Shown: positions 39,401-49,117 of the stretch, piece after piece
Layout of the letters: the number at the start of each line of letters is the position of its first letter
Numbering within the stretch: position 1 is the first letter of the stretch
Assembly (NCBI GenBank): GCA_038205685.1
Contig: JBBRBQ010000002.1
Coordinates: 108,548-172,547 of the forward strand
Reading direction: 5' to 3'
Source: Cytophagales bacterium
Lineage (GTDB): Bacteria > Bacteroidota > Bacteroidia > Cytophagales > Cyclobacteriaceae
Length of the DNA stretch: 64,000 nucleotides
Made by a program: the position numbers and the translations under genes
The notes under the pieces: model-generated
The model's input: the letters and a program-made list of their open reading frames with translations, nothing else
The model's database searches: none
What the model was told of the DNA's origin: nothing

Positions 39401-39554
39401 TTTCATCGTAATAAGGTTTGATCACTAATCCTGCGATTTTTTTGGTAAGCGTTTCAATTGAATTTTTTCCACCCAATTCAATGGTAGCAGCCCTTAGCCA
39501 GTCTTCTTTATTGGTTATAGGGAATTCAAAATCAGGAGAAGCTAGATCACTCAT
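36411..39554 (-). CDS. scpA: Methylmalonyl-CoA mutase: degenerate small-subunit-like N-terminus fused to catalytic large subunit
   Basis: C-terminal ~660 aa contain [33 protein letters not shown] and B12 motif DGHDRG; N-terminal ~355 aa show MutA-like [31 protein letters not shown]. Confidence 0.9.
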   Translation of the reverse strand: MSDLASPDFEFPITNKEDWLRAATIELGGKNSIETLTKKIAGLVIKPYYDESDRQQIFPSITSSNDPYLGNRKWLNTPLVAVSDTKQANSLALQHLQSGADGIIFELVENCDVSLLLDSMELEYCSVSFVLSSEQVNTVDSFQKYLQQKKYDSEKIVGELFWKDAIANPNELANQFLAWKNFRPLGLICTKQESAQAEIANLLVRSVGLFDQIKETSVGLNSIAFQVPIGSTIFVEIAKLKALRLLWSNLAHAYDVPNCAGRINGATIAQKDTAYEPHSAMLSNTYSGLIAVLGGCDSMTILPHDSANSMQARVARNVSSILREEAMLSREADPTAGSYYLDNLIEQLCKDAWEEFTVKTNKPNFSKIAYNHFATQVKQSSKAIGAAGLPPYTRGPYATMYAIRPWTIRQYAGFSTAKDSNEFYRKNLAAGQKGLSVAFDLATHRGYDSDHPRVTGDVGKAGVAIDSVLDMKILFDQIPLDKMSVSMTMNGAVLPILAFYIVAAEEQGVRPDQLIGTIQNDILKEFMVRNTYIYPPAPSMHIVADIFDYCSKYMPKFNSISISGYHMHEAGAPAHIELAYTLADGLEYIRAGLKAGIAIDDFAPRLSFFWGIGMNFFTEIAKMRAGRFLWAKIVKEFNPTNSKSMALRTHCQTSGWSLTEQDPYNNVTRTCIEALAAVLGGTQSLHTNSLDEAIALPTDFSARIARNTQLYLQNETGVTDVVDPLGGSFYVEKLTKELIEQAWKLIEEVEALGGMTKAIESGLPKMRIEEASALKQARIEAGKETIVGMNKYQTDEKPDFDTLEVDNTSVRNEQIARLDLLKSERNNSDVEASLNAITACAETGNGNLLTLSIEAARNRATLGEISMAMEKVFGRYKAIIKSISGVYLGEMKNRKDFTEAQLLSDQFAKLDGRRPRILVAKMGQDGHDRGAKVIATSFADLGFDVDIGPLFQTPEEVAMQAAENDVHVIGASSLAGAHKTLIPSLINSLKKIGRPDIMVVVGGVIPEKDYEYLASQGVVGIFGPGTPITEAAKSILQKLMDRHSTEG

Positions 39555-39753
39555 TACGTGGTTCAGAATGTTTTTTCAAGTTTATATTAAGTTCTCAGTA
39601 AAGCAATTTTTTTGTTGAAAACAAGTCGTAACACAAGAAATAAATCTTAATTTTTGAGAGGCATTTTTTGTTTTTTTGTTGGTTATATTTTTTACACCTT
39701 TGTCTCCCCTCAAAAATAAAAAGTTAATTTTTCACCACAACCTGCAAGTATAA

Positions 39754-41187
39754 ATGGAAGTAAACGCTACAACTGTCTGGAACGATTGTCTTCATCTCAT
39801 TCGCCAAAGCGTTGACGAGCAAAACTTCAATACCTGGTTTAAGCCTATAATTCCTCTGCGTGCCGAAGGTGAGGCTTTAACTATTCAAGTGCCTTCACAA
39901 TTTTTTTACGAATGGTTGGAGGAGCATTATGTACCTGTGTTGAAAGAAGCCATTCATTCGGTACTGGGCGCATCTGCCCGATTAGAATATTCTGTGGTGG
40001 TTGATAGCGGCAATTTGCGTAACCCTCAATTATCGGTTAATTATCCCAATGGTGCTGGCATGAAACGCAGCAATGCGCAAGTACAAAATGGCAATGGCAA
40101 CATCGAAGAATATTCGCCTTTCAGTTTTAAGGCATTAAATCCTCAAACAGTAAATTCACGGCTCAATCCAAATTACTCATTCGAGAATTTTGTTGAGGGC
40201 GATTGCAACCGCTTGGCGCGATCTGCGGGTATTGCAGTAGCAAAAAAGCCTGGCGTTACCTCGTTTAATCCGTTGATGTTGTATGGAGGTGTTGGTGTTG
40301 GTAAAACACACTTGGTGCAAGCTATCGGTAATGAGATCAAGAAAAATCTTCCTTCTAAGATTGTTTTGTATGTAGATCAAAATGATTTTACAACCCAATT
40401 TTTGAATGCGCTTCAAAATCATAAGATGCAGGAGTTTCAAAATTTCTACCTGCAAGTAGATTTATTGATTTTAGATGATGTTCAGTTTTTAGCAGGTCGC
40501 GAAAAAACGCAAGAAATTTTCTTCCATATATTCAATCAACTTCACCAATCGGGCAAACAAGTTATTATGACCAGCGATTGCCCGCCTCGTGATTTGAAAG
40601 GCTTCCAAGAAAGGCTGCTTTCGCGATTCAAATGGGGGTTGACCGCTGACTTGCAAGAGCCTGATTTCGAAACTAAACTTGCCATCATTCATAATAAAAT
40701 GGAATCGGATGGAATTGATATTCAGTCCGAAGTTGCCGAGTACCTTGCCTTTAGTGTAGATACCAACCTTCGCGATATGGAAGGCGTGCTGAATTCATTG
40801 ATCTTCCACGCTACTTTACTCAAAAAGAAAATAGATCTTGACTTGGCCAAAGAAGTATTGCGTAACATCGTAAAAGAAATTCAAGCCGATGTAAGCGTTG
40901 ACTTTATCCAAAAGATGGTGGCCGAATATTTTAAAGTGGATATCGAATCTCTCAAGGCGAAAATCAAAAAGCGGGAGATAGTAATTCCACGCCAGTTGGC
41001 CATGTATTTCTGCAAACGATACACACAACTTACGCTGGCGCTAATCGGTGAAAACTTTGGTGGCCGCGATCACAGCACTGTAATCCATGCATTAGAATCT
41101 GTTGAAGACATGATGAAAACAGATGCCAACTTCAAAAACTCTGTTGATGAATTGAGCAAGCGGTTAAAGCTAAGAGTGGCTTCTTAA
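39754..41187 (+). CDS. dnaA: Chromosomal replication initiator DnaA
   Basis: FNTWFKPI, YSFENFVEG, GGVGVGKT, LDDVQFL, GGRDHSTVIHA. Confidence 0.98.
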   Translation: MEVNATTVWNDCLHLIRQSVDEQNFNTWFKPIIPLRAEGEALTIQVPSQFFYEWLEEHYVPVLKEAIHSVLGASARLEYSVVVDSGNLRNPQLSVNYPNGAGMKRSNAQVQNGNGNIEEYSPFSFKALNPQTVNSRLNPNYSFENFVEGDCNRLARSAGIAVAKKPGVTSFNPLMLYGGVGVGKTHLVQAIGNEIKKNLPSKIVLYVDQNDFTTQFLNALQNHKMQEFQNFYLQVDLLILDDVQFLAGREKTQEIFFHIFNQLHQSGKQVIMTSDCPPRDLKGFQERLLSRFKWGLTADLQEPDFETKLAIIHNKMESDGIDIQSEVAEYLAFSVDTNLRDMEGVLNSLIFHATLLKKKIDLDLAKEVLRNIVKEIQADVSVDFIQKMVAEYFKVDIESLKAKIKKREIVIPRQLAMYFCKRYTQLTLALIGENFGGRDHSTVIHALESVEDMMKTDANFKNSVDELSKRLKLRVAS

Positions 41188-41246
41188 ATTCACAAAATTT
41201 ATCGTATCGTTTATCTGGCTTCTAGTCAGCTACTTTTCAATTAAAA

Positions 41247-42215
41247 TTAGTTGAACGCTTTTATACCAACCGATTTTACCTTTTTGACATTTTCATACGA
41301 ATCAATTTGCAAAGAATCCAAGCACAATTGGCGCAAAACAATATCTTTCTTTTGCGGAAAGATTTTATGATAGAGAATATAAAGCTGATCTCTTTCTTGG
41401 AATATAGTATGATGGCCTGGGCCAATGATCGTGCTATCGGCAGAGGTAGATAATATGGGGCTGTTGAGCCCTTCCTTCCACGGGCCGAAAGGACTGCTGC
41501 TTACAGAATATCGAATGTTATATGTAGCATCAATTGCCTTTCCATTCGAATACATTAAGTAGTAGTTACCTTTGTACTTGAGCATGTGAGGTGCTTCAAA
41601 ATAATTGGGAGGTGTGATGTCACGTGGTATTCCATTAAACGTAATCATATCCGGTTTTAATTTCACCGCAAGGCAATGACCATTTACCCAATTCAAGCCA
41701 GAGCCCCAATACAAATAGGGTTGGCCATCGGTATCAATAAAACAATCGGCATCAATGGCGTGAACTCCAGGATTTGCATTGGCTGTTATTAGAGGTGTAT
41801 TATCCACTTTAGCATTTCTCCACGGCCCCAGAGGGTGCTCACTTATACCAGCCCAAACTTCGCTACCCACCGATACATACATATAAAATTTTCCATTGGG
41901 TGCTTTTACAACACTGGGTGCCCAAACCATAGCGCCACCTGATGTTGAGCTTGTACACAGTTTCTTAGTTGGCCATGTTAAGTGATGGCGTTTAAATTTT
42001 TTAAAGTCGACCGTTTCAAAAACGGCAAGCTCATCTCCTCCCCATGGATCGATAGTAGCATAAATATAAAACGACTTGCCTTGTTTGATAATGGTGGGGT
42101 CAGCAAAGTATCCCTCCATAATTGGATTGCTAATACGCTCAGAAGTTACCTGGCTTTTGCAATGCGTGGAGAATACCAAAATCAAACAAAATACTGTAAG
42201 TGAGTTTTTGTTCAT
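41247..42215 (-). CDS. Glycoside hydrolase family 43
   Basis: Signal peptide; FADP, WAPSV, AIDAD and FEAP carry the three catalytic acids; GPGHH; start at 42215 overlaps the upstream stop (ATGA). Confidence 0.9.
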   Translation of the reverse strand: MNKNSLTVFCLILVFSTHCKSQVTSERISNPIMEGYFADPTIIKQGKSFYIYATIDPWGGDELAVFETVDFKKFKRHHLTWPTKKLCTSSTSGGAMVWAPSVVKAPNGKFYMYVSVGSEVWAGISEHPLGPWRNAKVDNTPLITANANPGVHAIDADCFIDTDGQPYLYWGSGLNWVNGHCLAVKLKPDMITFNGIPRDITPPNYFEAPHMLKYKGNYYLMYSNGKAIDATYNIRYSVSSSPFGPWKEGLNSPILSTSADSTIIGPGHHTIFQERDQLYILYHKIFPQKKDIVLRQLCLDSLQIDSYENVKKVKSVGIKAFN

Positions 42216-43390
42216 AGTAAGAATTTTATCACGGTTTGTATGCTCATTACACTTATTAATAAAACAACTAACCAGCCAATTATTTGCATCCACACAGGGT
42301 GCTTATACTCTTTCACAATTTTTCGATTATTAGCTGCCAATAAAATAATACCTAATGCAATGGGCAATGCGAAGCCATTTACTGCACCCGCCATCAACAA
42401 TAACTTTACAGGATTGCCAACCAAAATAAATATACCTGCTGAAAACAAAATGAAACCAGAGATAATATGCCGTTGATATTTCTGAAAGCTTGAATGGAAA
42501 CTTGTTATAAATGAAACGGAAGTATAGGCACAACCCACAACGGAAGTAATGGCTGCGCTCCATATTACCAGTCCAAAAAATTTATAACCAATTATTCCTG
42601 CAGCTGCCCGAAAGACAGATGCTGCAGGGTTACCTGTTGCCAAAACAACTCCGCTGGTTACAATACCTAGCGCACCTAAAAATAAAATAATGCGCATAAC
42701 ACCTGTAATCACAATTCCACTTACTGCACTTCTGTTGACTTGAGGCAAACTAGCGATGCCAGTAACACCGGCATCCAACAAGCGATGCGCACCTGCAAAG
42801 CTGATGTAACCGCCAACTGTACCACCTACAAGCGTTACTATTGTCAACGGATCAATTCGTTCTGGAATAAAACTTCGATGCGCTGCTTCCATAAGCGGAG
42901 GATTAGAACTTATCGCGATATAAAGCGTGAGCAAGATCATTACTAAGCCAAGCGATTTGGCAAACGTATCTATGGCATTACCAAATTCTTTCATCCAAAA
43001 AAGTAGAAGTGCAACTATGCAACTGATGGCTGCTCCTACCTCAGGTGATATTCCAAAAAGTACTTCAGTGCCAAGTCCGCAACCAGCGAGGTTGCCGATG
43101 TTAAAAGCCAATCCCCCCAATACAATAATAGCTGCTAAAAAATAACCTAAGCCTGGAACAATTTTGTTGGCGACATCCTGCGCACGCATATTGCTCACCG
43201 TTAAAATTCTCCAGATGTTTAATTGTGCACCAATGTCTAATAGAATGCTGATAACAATTACAAACCCAAAACTGGATAGAAGCTGTTGCGTGAATACCGT
43301 TGTCTGGATTAGAAACCCAGGGCCAATAGCAGAAGTCGCCATTAAAAAAGCTGCACCTAAAATAGCCGATTTGTTTTTAGTGGTTGTCAC
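42212..43390 (-). CDS. NRAMP-family YcsG-like transporter (probable 5-oxoproline uptake)
   Basis: GAAFLMATSAIGPGF, AFNIGN, GGTVGGY; follows pxpA. Confidence 0.88.
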   Translation of the reverse strand: MTTTKNKSAILGAAFLMATSAIGPGFLIQTTVFTQQLLSSFGFVIVISILLDIGAQLNIWRILTVSNMRAQDVANKIVPGLGYFLAAIIVLGGLAFNIGNLAGCGLGTEVLFGISPEVGAAISCIVALLLFWMKEFGNAIDTFAKSLGLVMILLTLYIAISSNPPLMEAAHRSFIPERIDPLTIVTLVGGTVGGYISFAGAHRLLDAGVTGIASLPQVNRSAVSGIVITGVMRIILFLGALGIVTSGVVLATGNPAASVFRAAAGIIGYKFFGLVIWSAAITSVVGCAYTSVSFITSFHSSFQKYQRHIISGFILFSAGIFILVGNPVKLLLMAGAVNGFALPIALGIILLAANNRKIVKEYKHPVWMQIIGWLVVLLISVMSIQTVIKFLL

Positions 43391-44142
43391 TATTTATCGA
43401 TTGACATTATGCTAACATTTTCACTTTTCAACTTAGCATAAATTGCTTTCGCGATTTGAACAGCATACTCACCATCACCATGCAAACAAATTGTATCCGC
43501 TTTGATCGGAATAATTTCTTTATTCAATGTTGTTACTGTTTTGTTCAAAATCATTTGCATCACTTGATTAAGCGATTCTTCTTCCGATGCTATCAAGGCA
43601 TTCTTTTGCGAACGTGGGGTTAGTGTGCCATCGAGTTGATAGGTTCGATCAGCAAAAACTTCGTTGGCTGTTTTTAGTCCAACTGCATTCGCTTGTGTTA
43701 TCATTTCACTGCCACTCAATCCATAATAAATCATGGAGGGATTGAAATCCTTTACAGCTTGCGCGATAGTAAGACTCATGGATTTATTGACAGCGGCCAT
43801 ATTGTACATAGCGCCATGCACTTTTACATGATGTAAAGCAGCGGACTGCTTTCTACAAGCTGAATCGATTACAAAAAGTTGGATCGTGATTAAATCATAC
43901 AATTCACTTTCGGAAAGTTGAATCGCAGTTCTGCCAAAGTTGAGTTTATCATCAAACCCAGGATGTGCACCAATTGCAACGTTATGCTTCAGGCAAAGTG
44001 AAATGGTTTCTTTGATCGTGGCTTCGCTACCAGCATGATACCCACACGCAATGTTGGCACTGCTTATCCATGGCATAATGGCTGCATCATTGCCAATGCC
44101 TTCGCCCATATCACAATTCAAATCAACGCTTATACTTTTCAC
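43390..44142 (-). CDS. pxpA: 5-oxoprolinase subunit A (LamB/YcsF)
   Basis: DLNCDMGEG, SSANIACGYHAG, GAHPG, HVKVHGAMYN, EVFADR, DTICLHGD. Confidence 0.95.
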   Translation of the reverse strand: MKSISVDLNCDMGEGIGNDAAIMPWISSANIACGYHAGSEATIKETISLCLKHNVAIGAHPGFDDKLNFGRTAIQLSESELYDLITIQLFVIDSACRKQSAALHHVKVHGAMYNMAAVNKSMSLTIAQAVKDFNPSMIYYGLSGSEMITQANAVGLKTANEVFADRTYQLDGTLTPRSQKNALIASEEESLNQVMQMILNKTVTTLNKEIIPIKADTICLHGDGEYAVQIAKAIYAKLKSENVSIMSIDK

Positions 44143-45106
44143 TTACAAATTGATTGAGACGTAATTTACAAGAAGTTTGAATTTGTTGTAATTGTTGATG
44201 TTGGTTAATCAATCGGTCTTCAGCTGCTTGTAAGCTTATTAATCTAAACGATATGGACTCGTTCGATCTGCGTTGGGCAAGTTTTGGCAAATCCGATTGA
44301 GCAACTTGAAGAACCCTTGGGTACCCACCTGTGGTTTGATGATCAGCCATTAAACAAATCAGTTGACCAGATGGCAACAATTGAATTGTACCAAACTGAA
44401 CTGCTGTTGAAAGTAATTCTTCATTGATAGATTTCCTTAAAGACTCCGATTGAAAACGATAACCCATTCTATCGCTCAAGGTTGTGATAGTAAATGGATT
44501 GGTAATTAATTTTTCTTGCGATGATTTATTTAGCCAATCAAACTCACCGCCCTTAATACAATGTATTAGCGTTGGTTCCTTATAAAAAGAAGTTGAAACA
44601 CTCCACGGAAAAACAAGAAGTTCGGAAGCAATAAAATCTGTCTTCCGAAAAGAAAGCACATCGCCCTTCTTTAAAGCCCTGCCTTTCTCTCCACCAACTT
44701 TTGCTTTAAGATTAGTGCTTGCGCTACTCATCCAATGCCGAATTTCAATGCCGCCTTGTATTGCCATGTAGCAAAATGAACCCGAATTATTCTTTGCGAA
44801 TTTTAATTCTGATTCTCGCGGTATTGCAATGGGATGATTGATTTGTATTGGTTTCCCATTAACGGTTGCTCCAAAATCAGCACCGCTCAAGGCGATTAGA
44901 CATTCTTTGTTAAACACAAATGTTGCAGCAGGAAAACACATCTCTATGACTGCTTCATTGTGAACATTGCCAACTAAAGCATTTGCAAAATGCATAGCAG
45001 TTTTATCCATTGCTCCGCTTGGATTAATACCAAGATGTTGATGTCCATATCTTCCAACATCCTGAATGGTATCTAACAAGCCCGATCGAATAACTTCTAG
45101 GCTCAT
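44123..45106 (-). CDS. pxpC: 5-oxoprolinase subunit C
   Basis: TIQDVGRYG, GAMD, SDRMGYR, GTIQL, ADHQTTGGYP. Confidence 0.93.
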   Translation of the reverse strand: MSLEVIRSGLLDTIQDVGRYGHQHLGINPSGAMDKTAMHFANALVGNVHNEAVIEMCFPAATFVFNKECLIALSGADFGATVNGKPIQINHPIAIPRESELKFAKNNSGSFCYMAIQGGIEIRHWMSSASTNLKAKVGGEKGRALKKGDVLSFRKTDFIASELLVFPWSVSTSFYKEPTLIHCIKGGEFDWLNKSSQEKLITNPFTITTLSDRMGYRFQSESLRKSINEELLSTAVQFGTIQLLPSGQLICLMADHQTTGGYPRVLQVAQSDLPKLAQRRSNESISFRLISLQAAEDRLINQHQQLQQIQTSCKLRLNQFVSEKYKR

Positions 45107-45834
45107 AGATTAAAGACGTTAAATGAATTTTTATCAAAGCTCATAAATTCATCCATTGAAATCGACTTGAACTTAATCTGATCGCCCGGTTGCAACAGCA
45201 CAGGTGCTTTGCGATCAGCATCGAATAAGGTTAACGGGGTTTGGCCGATAATATTCCAACCACCTGGTGAATCAAGCGGATAGATACCCGTTTGTTCTCC
45301 GGCAATTCCAACGCTTCCCGCCTTTACAGTCGTTCGGGGTTTTTCCAGTCGAGGTGTTATCAATTTTTTATCAATAGTACCCATGTAGGCAAACCCCGGT
45401 AGAAAGCCAATCATAAACACAAGGTAAGTTGGAGTGGTGTGAAGCCAAATCAATTGTTCAATACTAATCTTCTTTTCTTTTGATAGCCTGACTAAATCAG
45501 GAGCAACATTTGGGTGATAACAAACAGGAATAGTTACCAATCGCGCAATACCCTTTTTATTCCAATCGCAAGAAGCAATTGCCTTTTCAATCTCCTGTTT
45601 AACAACTTCATAAGCTGATGAACAATGCTTCCTAAGTTCTATAGCATTATAAATAATTGTAACCGATGTGTAGGCAGGAATAATATCGATCCATTGAGTG
45701 GCTGAACTCTTTTTTAGATGATGGCAAAAAGCATGAACACGATCGTTGATTAAAGCATCAATTGAGTTGCCAAAGTTTATGCAAACTGCGGATTCGCTAA
45801 CTGACTGAATGGAATACTTAAGTGGATAATTCAT
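45103..45834 (-). CDS. pxpB: 5-oxoprolinase subunit B
   Basis: IIPAYTS, IPVCY, GFLPGFAY, GSVGIAGEQTGIYP..SPGGWNIIG. Confidence 0.95.
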   Translation of the reverse strand: MNYPLKYSIQSVSESAVCINFGNSIDALINDRVHAFCHHLKKSSATQWIDIIPAYTSVTIIYNAIELRKHCSSAYEVVKQEIEKAIASCDWNKKGIARLVTIPVCYHPNVAPDLVRLSKEKKISIEQLIWLHTTPTYLVFMIGFLPGFAYMGTIDKKLITPRLEKPRTTVKAGSVGIAGEQTGIYPLDSPGGWNIIGQTPLTLFDADRKAPVLLQPGDQIKFKSISMDEFMSFDKNSFNVFNL

Positions 45835-45932
45835 TTCGCGAACTCATGATTAAAGATCAATATAGAAGATGAATTTTTAAACCAAAAGAAATTGTTATTC
45901 TTAGTTCTCACTTTCCTACTTTTACTCTTTCT

Positions 45933-47171
45933 ATGATACCTTATCAAGCCTTTACTTTAGAAAACGGTCTGCGCGTGTTAGTGCATGAAGACCCTACCGT
46001 GCAGATTGCCGTGATGAACATTTTGTACGATGTTGGTTCGCGTGATGAACACCCCGAAAAGACTGGCTTTGCTCATCTTTTTGAACATTTAATGTTTGGT
46101 GGCTCTGCCAATATTCCAAGTTATGATGAACCCTTGCAATTAGTGGGTGGCGAGAACAATGCTTTCACCAGCACCGACATTACCAACTACTATTTAACTG
46201 TGCCTGCCGCCAATCTTGAAACAGCTTTTTGGCTGGAGAGTGATCGTATGTTGAGCTTATCGTTCGATCCTAATGTGCTAGAAGTGCAGCGCAAAGTGGT
46301 GATTGAAGAATTTAAGCAGCGCTATTTAAATCAACCTTACGGTGATGTGTGGCTCAAGCTAAGACCACTTGCTTATAAAGTTCATCCATACACATGGGCT
46401 ACGATTGGGAAGGAGATAAGCCACATTGAAAACGCTACCATGCAAGATGTGAAAGATTTCTTCTTTGAACATTATGTGCCCAGCAATGCCATTATGGTGG
46501 TGGCTGGTAAAGTTACTGTAGATCAAGTAAAAGAGCTTTCCGAAAAATGGTTTTCTCCAATCCCAAAAAGAAAAAAAAGAGAAAGGCAACTTTTAGCTGA
46601 ACCTCGACAAACAGAGAAGCGAACATTAACTATTAAAGCTAACGTGCCTGCCAACGCGTTGTACAAATCATATCACATGGCAGGTCGTTTCCATAAAGAT
46701 TATTATGCTTCCGATTTAATGAGCGATGTTTTGAGCCGTGGGCAATCGAGTAGACTTTATCAAACGCTTGTTAAAGAAAAAGAAATATTCACTTCCATTT
46801 CATCCTTTGTTATGGGTACTATTGACCCTGGCATGTTGGTAATAAGCGGACGAATAAATGAAGGCGTTACGTTCGATCAGGCAGAGGCCGCGCTGGAAGA
46901 AGTACTCACAAATTTTAAACGTGATGGCGTGTTAAATAGCGAACTTGAAAAAGTAAAAAATCAGACACTTGCCACTATGGAGTTCGACCAAGTGGAAGTG
47001 ATGAACCGTGCCATGAACTTGGCCTTCGCTTCCCTTTCGGGAGATGCTGAGTTGGTTAATAAAGAAGCAGACTTAATAAAAAACATATCTGCAAGCGACA
47101 TTAACAGAATGGCAAAAGAGATTTTGGTGGAGACAAATGCAAGTGTGATGTATTATCAAGCAATTCATTAA
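45933..47171 (+). CDS. M16 family zinc peptidase
   Basis: TGFAHLFEHLMF (HxxEH), NNAFTS, ESDRM. Confidence 0.93.
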   Translation: MIPYQAFTLENGLRVLVHEDPTVQIAVMNILYDVGSRDEHPEKTGFAHLFEHLMFGGSANIPSYDEPLQLVGGENNAFTSTDITNYYLTVPAANLETAFWLESDRMLSLSFDPNVLEVQRKVVIEEFKQRYLNQPYGDVWLKLRPLAYKVHPYTWATIGKEISHIENATMQDVKDFFFEHYVPSNAIMVVAGKVTVDQVKELSEKWFSPIPKRKKRERQLLAEPRQTEKRTLTIKANVPANALYKSYHMAGRFHKDYYASDLMSDVLSRGQSSRLYQTLVKEKEIFTSISSFVMGTIDPGMLVISGRINEGVTFDQAEAALEEVLTNFKRDGVLNSELEKVKNQTLATMEFDQVEVMNRAMNLAFASLSGDAELVNKEADLIKNISASDINRMAKEILVETNASVMYYQAIH

Positions 47172-47180
47172 ATTTGATGT

Positions 47181-47477
47181 ATGGCCAAAGAGATAATATT
47201 AGCGATACTAAAATCTGAGAAATCAAACTTAGAAAGAATCTATTCTATTGATCAATTGGGTCTATTTGGAAGTTTCGTTTTAGATACAGCCACAGAAAAA
47301 AGCGACATTGATATAGCTTATGAAATGAAGAGTGGTCACTATCTAAAATTGGACGAAAAAATAAAGCTAGAAAAATCACTCCAAAATAAACTTAACAGAA
47401 AAATTGATTTGGTCCGACTAAAGTATATGAACCCTGCCATTCGCGTAAAAGCAGAACCAAACATTATTTATGTTTAG
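47181..47477 (+). CDS. Minimal nucleotidyltransferase (MNT antitoxin)
   Basis: GLFGS-x-SDIDI motif, 98 aa, KIDLV; directly upstream of a HEPN gene. Confidence 0.88.
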   Translation: MAKEIILAILKSEKSNLERIYSIDQLGLFGSFVLDTATEKSDIDIAYEMKSGHYLKLDEKIKLEKSLQNKLNRKIDLVRLKYMNPAIRVKAEPNIIYV

Positions 47478-47894
47478 CGATAAGAACTTGGCATATGTAC
47501 TAACTATCTTAGAAGCAATAGAAAAGATAGTTCTTTATACCAAGTCATTTGAAAGTCCTGAAGAATTTTATGAGGCAAATGATCAATTAAATTTTAATGC
47601 AACCTATAATCTTTTGATTGTTATAGGAGAGGAGTCAAAAAAAATCGATCCTGCTCTAAAGAAGTCTTTTCCTGAAACTCCGTGGGTAAAAATAAAGGAT
47701 TCAGAAATTATTTAGTCCACGAATACCGAGGTATAGACCCTTCCATTCTTTTTGATATAGTGCAAACCTATCTTTCAAATCTTAAAGCTACGCTAATCAA
47801 AATGTTGAACCATATCGATTACAATTCTGAACAATTTATCAAAATAATTCAAACACATCATTATCGGCATCTAGCTTATCTATTATTAAAATGA
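47470..47894 (+). pseudogene. HEPN/DUF86 ribonuclease toxin, frameshifted near 47695
   Basis: Frame A ...LIVIGEESKKI..PWVKIK continues in frame B as GFRNYLVHEYRGID (RxxxxH motif); one extra base restores 141 aa. Confidence 0.85.
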
Positions 47895-48370
47895 AAATAC
47901 GAGTAGGCTTGGGGTTTGATGTTCATCAACTGGAAACAGGAAAAGATTTATGGCTGGGTGGCATTCACCTTCCTGCCGATAAAGGAGCTGTTGGCCATTC
48001 TGATGCCGATGTATTGATACATGCCATTTGTGATGCCTTGCTTGGCGCGGCCAACATGCACGACATTGGATTTCACTACTCTAACAACGATGATCGATGG
48101 AAAGGAATGGACAGTAAATTCTTTTTGAAAGATGTTACACGAATGCTTACAGAAAAAGGCTGGAGCATTGGCAATGTTGATTGTACGATTACACTGGAGC
48201 AACCTAAGATCAGTCCACATATTCCTGAAATGAAAAAAACTTTGGCTCCGTTAATGAATATTAGCGAAGACGATATTTCTATTAAAGCCACCACCAACGA
48301 AACCATTGGCTATGTTGGAAGAAGAGAAGGCTTGAATGCGTATGCAGTGGTTTTAATAACAAAAGATTAA
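47891..48370 (+). CDS. ispF: 2-C-methyl-D-erythritol 2,4-cyclodiphosphate synthase
   Basis: RVGLGFDVH, GHSDADVLIHAICDALLGA, DIGFHY, KATT.E. Confidence 0.97.
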   Translation: MKIRVGLGFDVHQLETGKDLWLGGIHLPADKGAVGHSDADVLIHAICDALLGAANMHDIGFHYSNNDDRWKGMDSKFFLKDVTRMLTEKGWSIGNVDCTITLEQPKISPHIPEMKKTLAPLMNISEDDISIKATTNETIGYVGRREGLNAYAVVLITKD

Positions 48371-48426
48371 AAACAATTGAGTTTAGAACTGAGGTAATAT
48401 TAAGAATCAATAAATCTTGTTGATCC

Positions 48427-49104
48427 ATGCCGCTTCAACTCATCACTACATCCGATGGCTCTCATTCATTGCTAAATACAGAGTTAAATGAAACCTACCA
48501 TTCCGTTCATGGAGCTGTGCGAGAGTCGCTTCATGTATTTATTCAAAATGGATTGCAGTTTCTGATTGACAAACAAAATCCTACTAAAATAAAGTTGCTT
48601 GAAGTAGGTTTTGGCACTGGCCTTAATGCCTTTCTCACACTCCATCATATTTTTAAATCAACGTTAGAAATTCATTACGTTTCGCTAGAGGCTTTTCCTA
48701 TCAGTAAAGAAATGGCTGATCAACTCAATTATCCAAATGATATTGATTTTGCTGAGGCCAAAGAATTATTTGCATTAATTCACTCTTCAACATGGAATCA
48801 ACCCATACGAATAACCTCTAACTTTATACTAGAGAAGAGGGAAACAACTTTACAGGAAATCAATTTAGGCGTTAAAGAGTTTGATCTCATCTACTTTGAT
48901 GCCTTTGCTCCTAACAAACAACCCGAAATGTGGGAATTACCCATGCTAAACAAAGTAGCTCAAGCAATGAAACCAGATGGCATCTTTGTTACCTATTGTG
49001 CCAAAGGTCAACTAAAACGAGATTTGAAATTCACTGGTCTTTCTGTTGAGGCATTATCAGGACCACCGGGTAAGAGAGAGATGATTAGAGCAATCAAAAG
49101 TTAA
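48427..49104 (+). CDS. mnmD: tRNA mnm5s2U34 methyltransferase, stand-alone MnmD-type
   Basis: DGSHSL..ETYHS.HGA, LEVGFGTGLN, YFDAFAP, TYCAKG, GPPGKREM. Confidence 0.85.
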   Translation: MPLQLITTSDGSHSLLNTELNETYHSVHGAVRESLHVFIQNGLQFLIDKQNPTKIKLLEVGFGTGLNAFLTLHHIFKSTLEIHYVSLEAFPISKEMADQLNYPNDIDFAEAKELFALIHSSTWNQPIRITSNFILEKRETTLQEINLGVKEFDLIYFDAFAPNKQPEMWELPMLNKVAQAMKPDGIFVTYCAKGQLKRDLKFTGLSVEALSGPPGKREMIRAIKS

Positions 49105-49117
49105 AACAAAACCAACT

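Noticed and set aside
36411-39554. IcmF (isobutyryl-CoA mutase fusion)
   Set aside because: No GTPase P-loop domain; B12 domain is C-terminal; the active site has Tyr (RQYAGF), not Phe
39555-39753. oriC next to dnaA
   Set aside because: Only two 1-mismatch boxes and no clear box cluster; dnaA is often unlinked from oriC in Bacteroidota; skew cannot be judged from this window
42216-42293. 26-aa extension of GH43
   Set aside because: It overlaps the transporter's 3' end; the ATG at 42215 gives a signal peptide and an ATGA coupling
47685-47700. Programmed -1 ribosomal frameshift in the HEPN gene
   Set aside because: No canonical X XXY YYZ heptamer in frame (AAA ATA AAG) and no obvious downstream stimulatory hairpin
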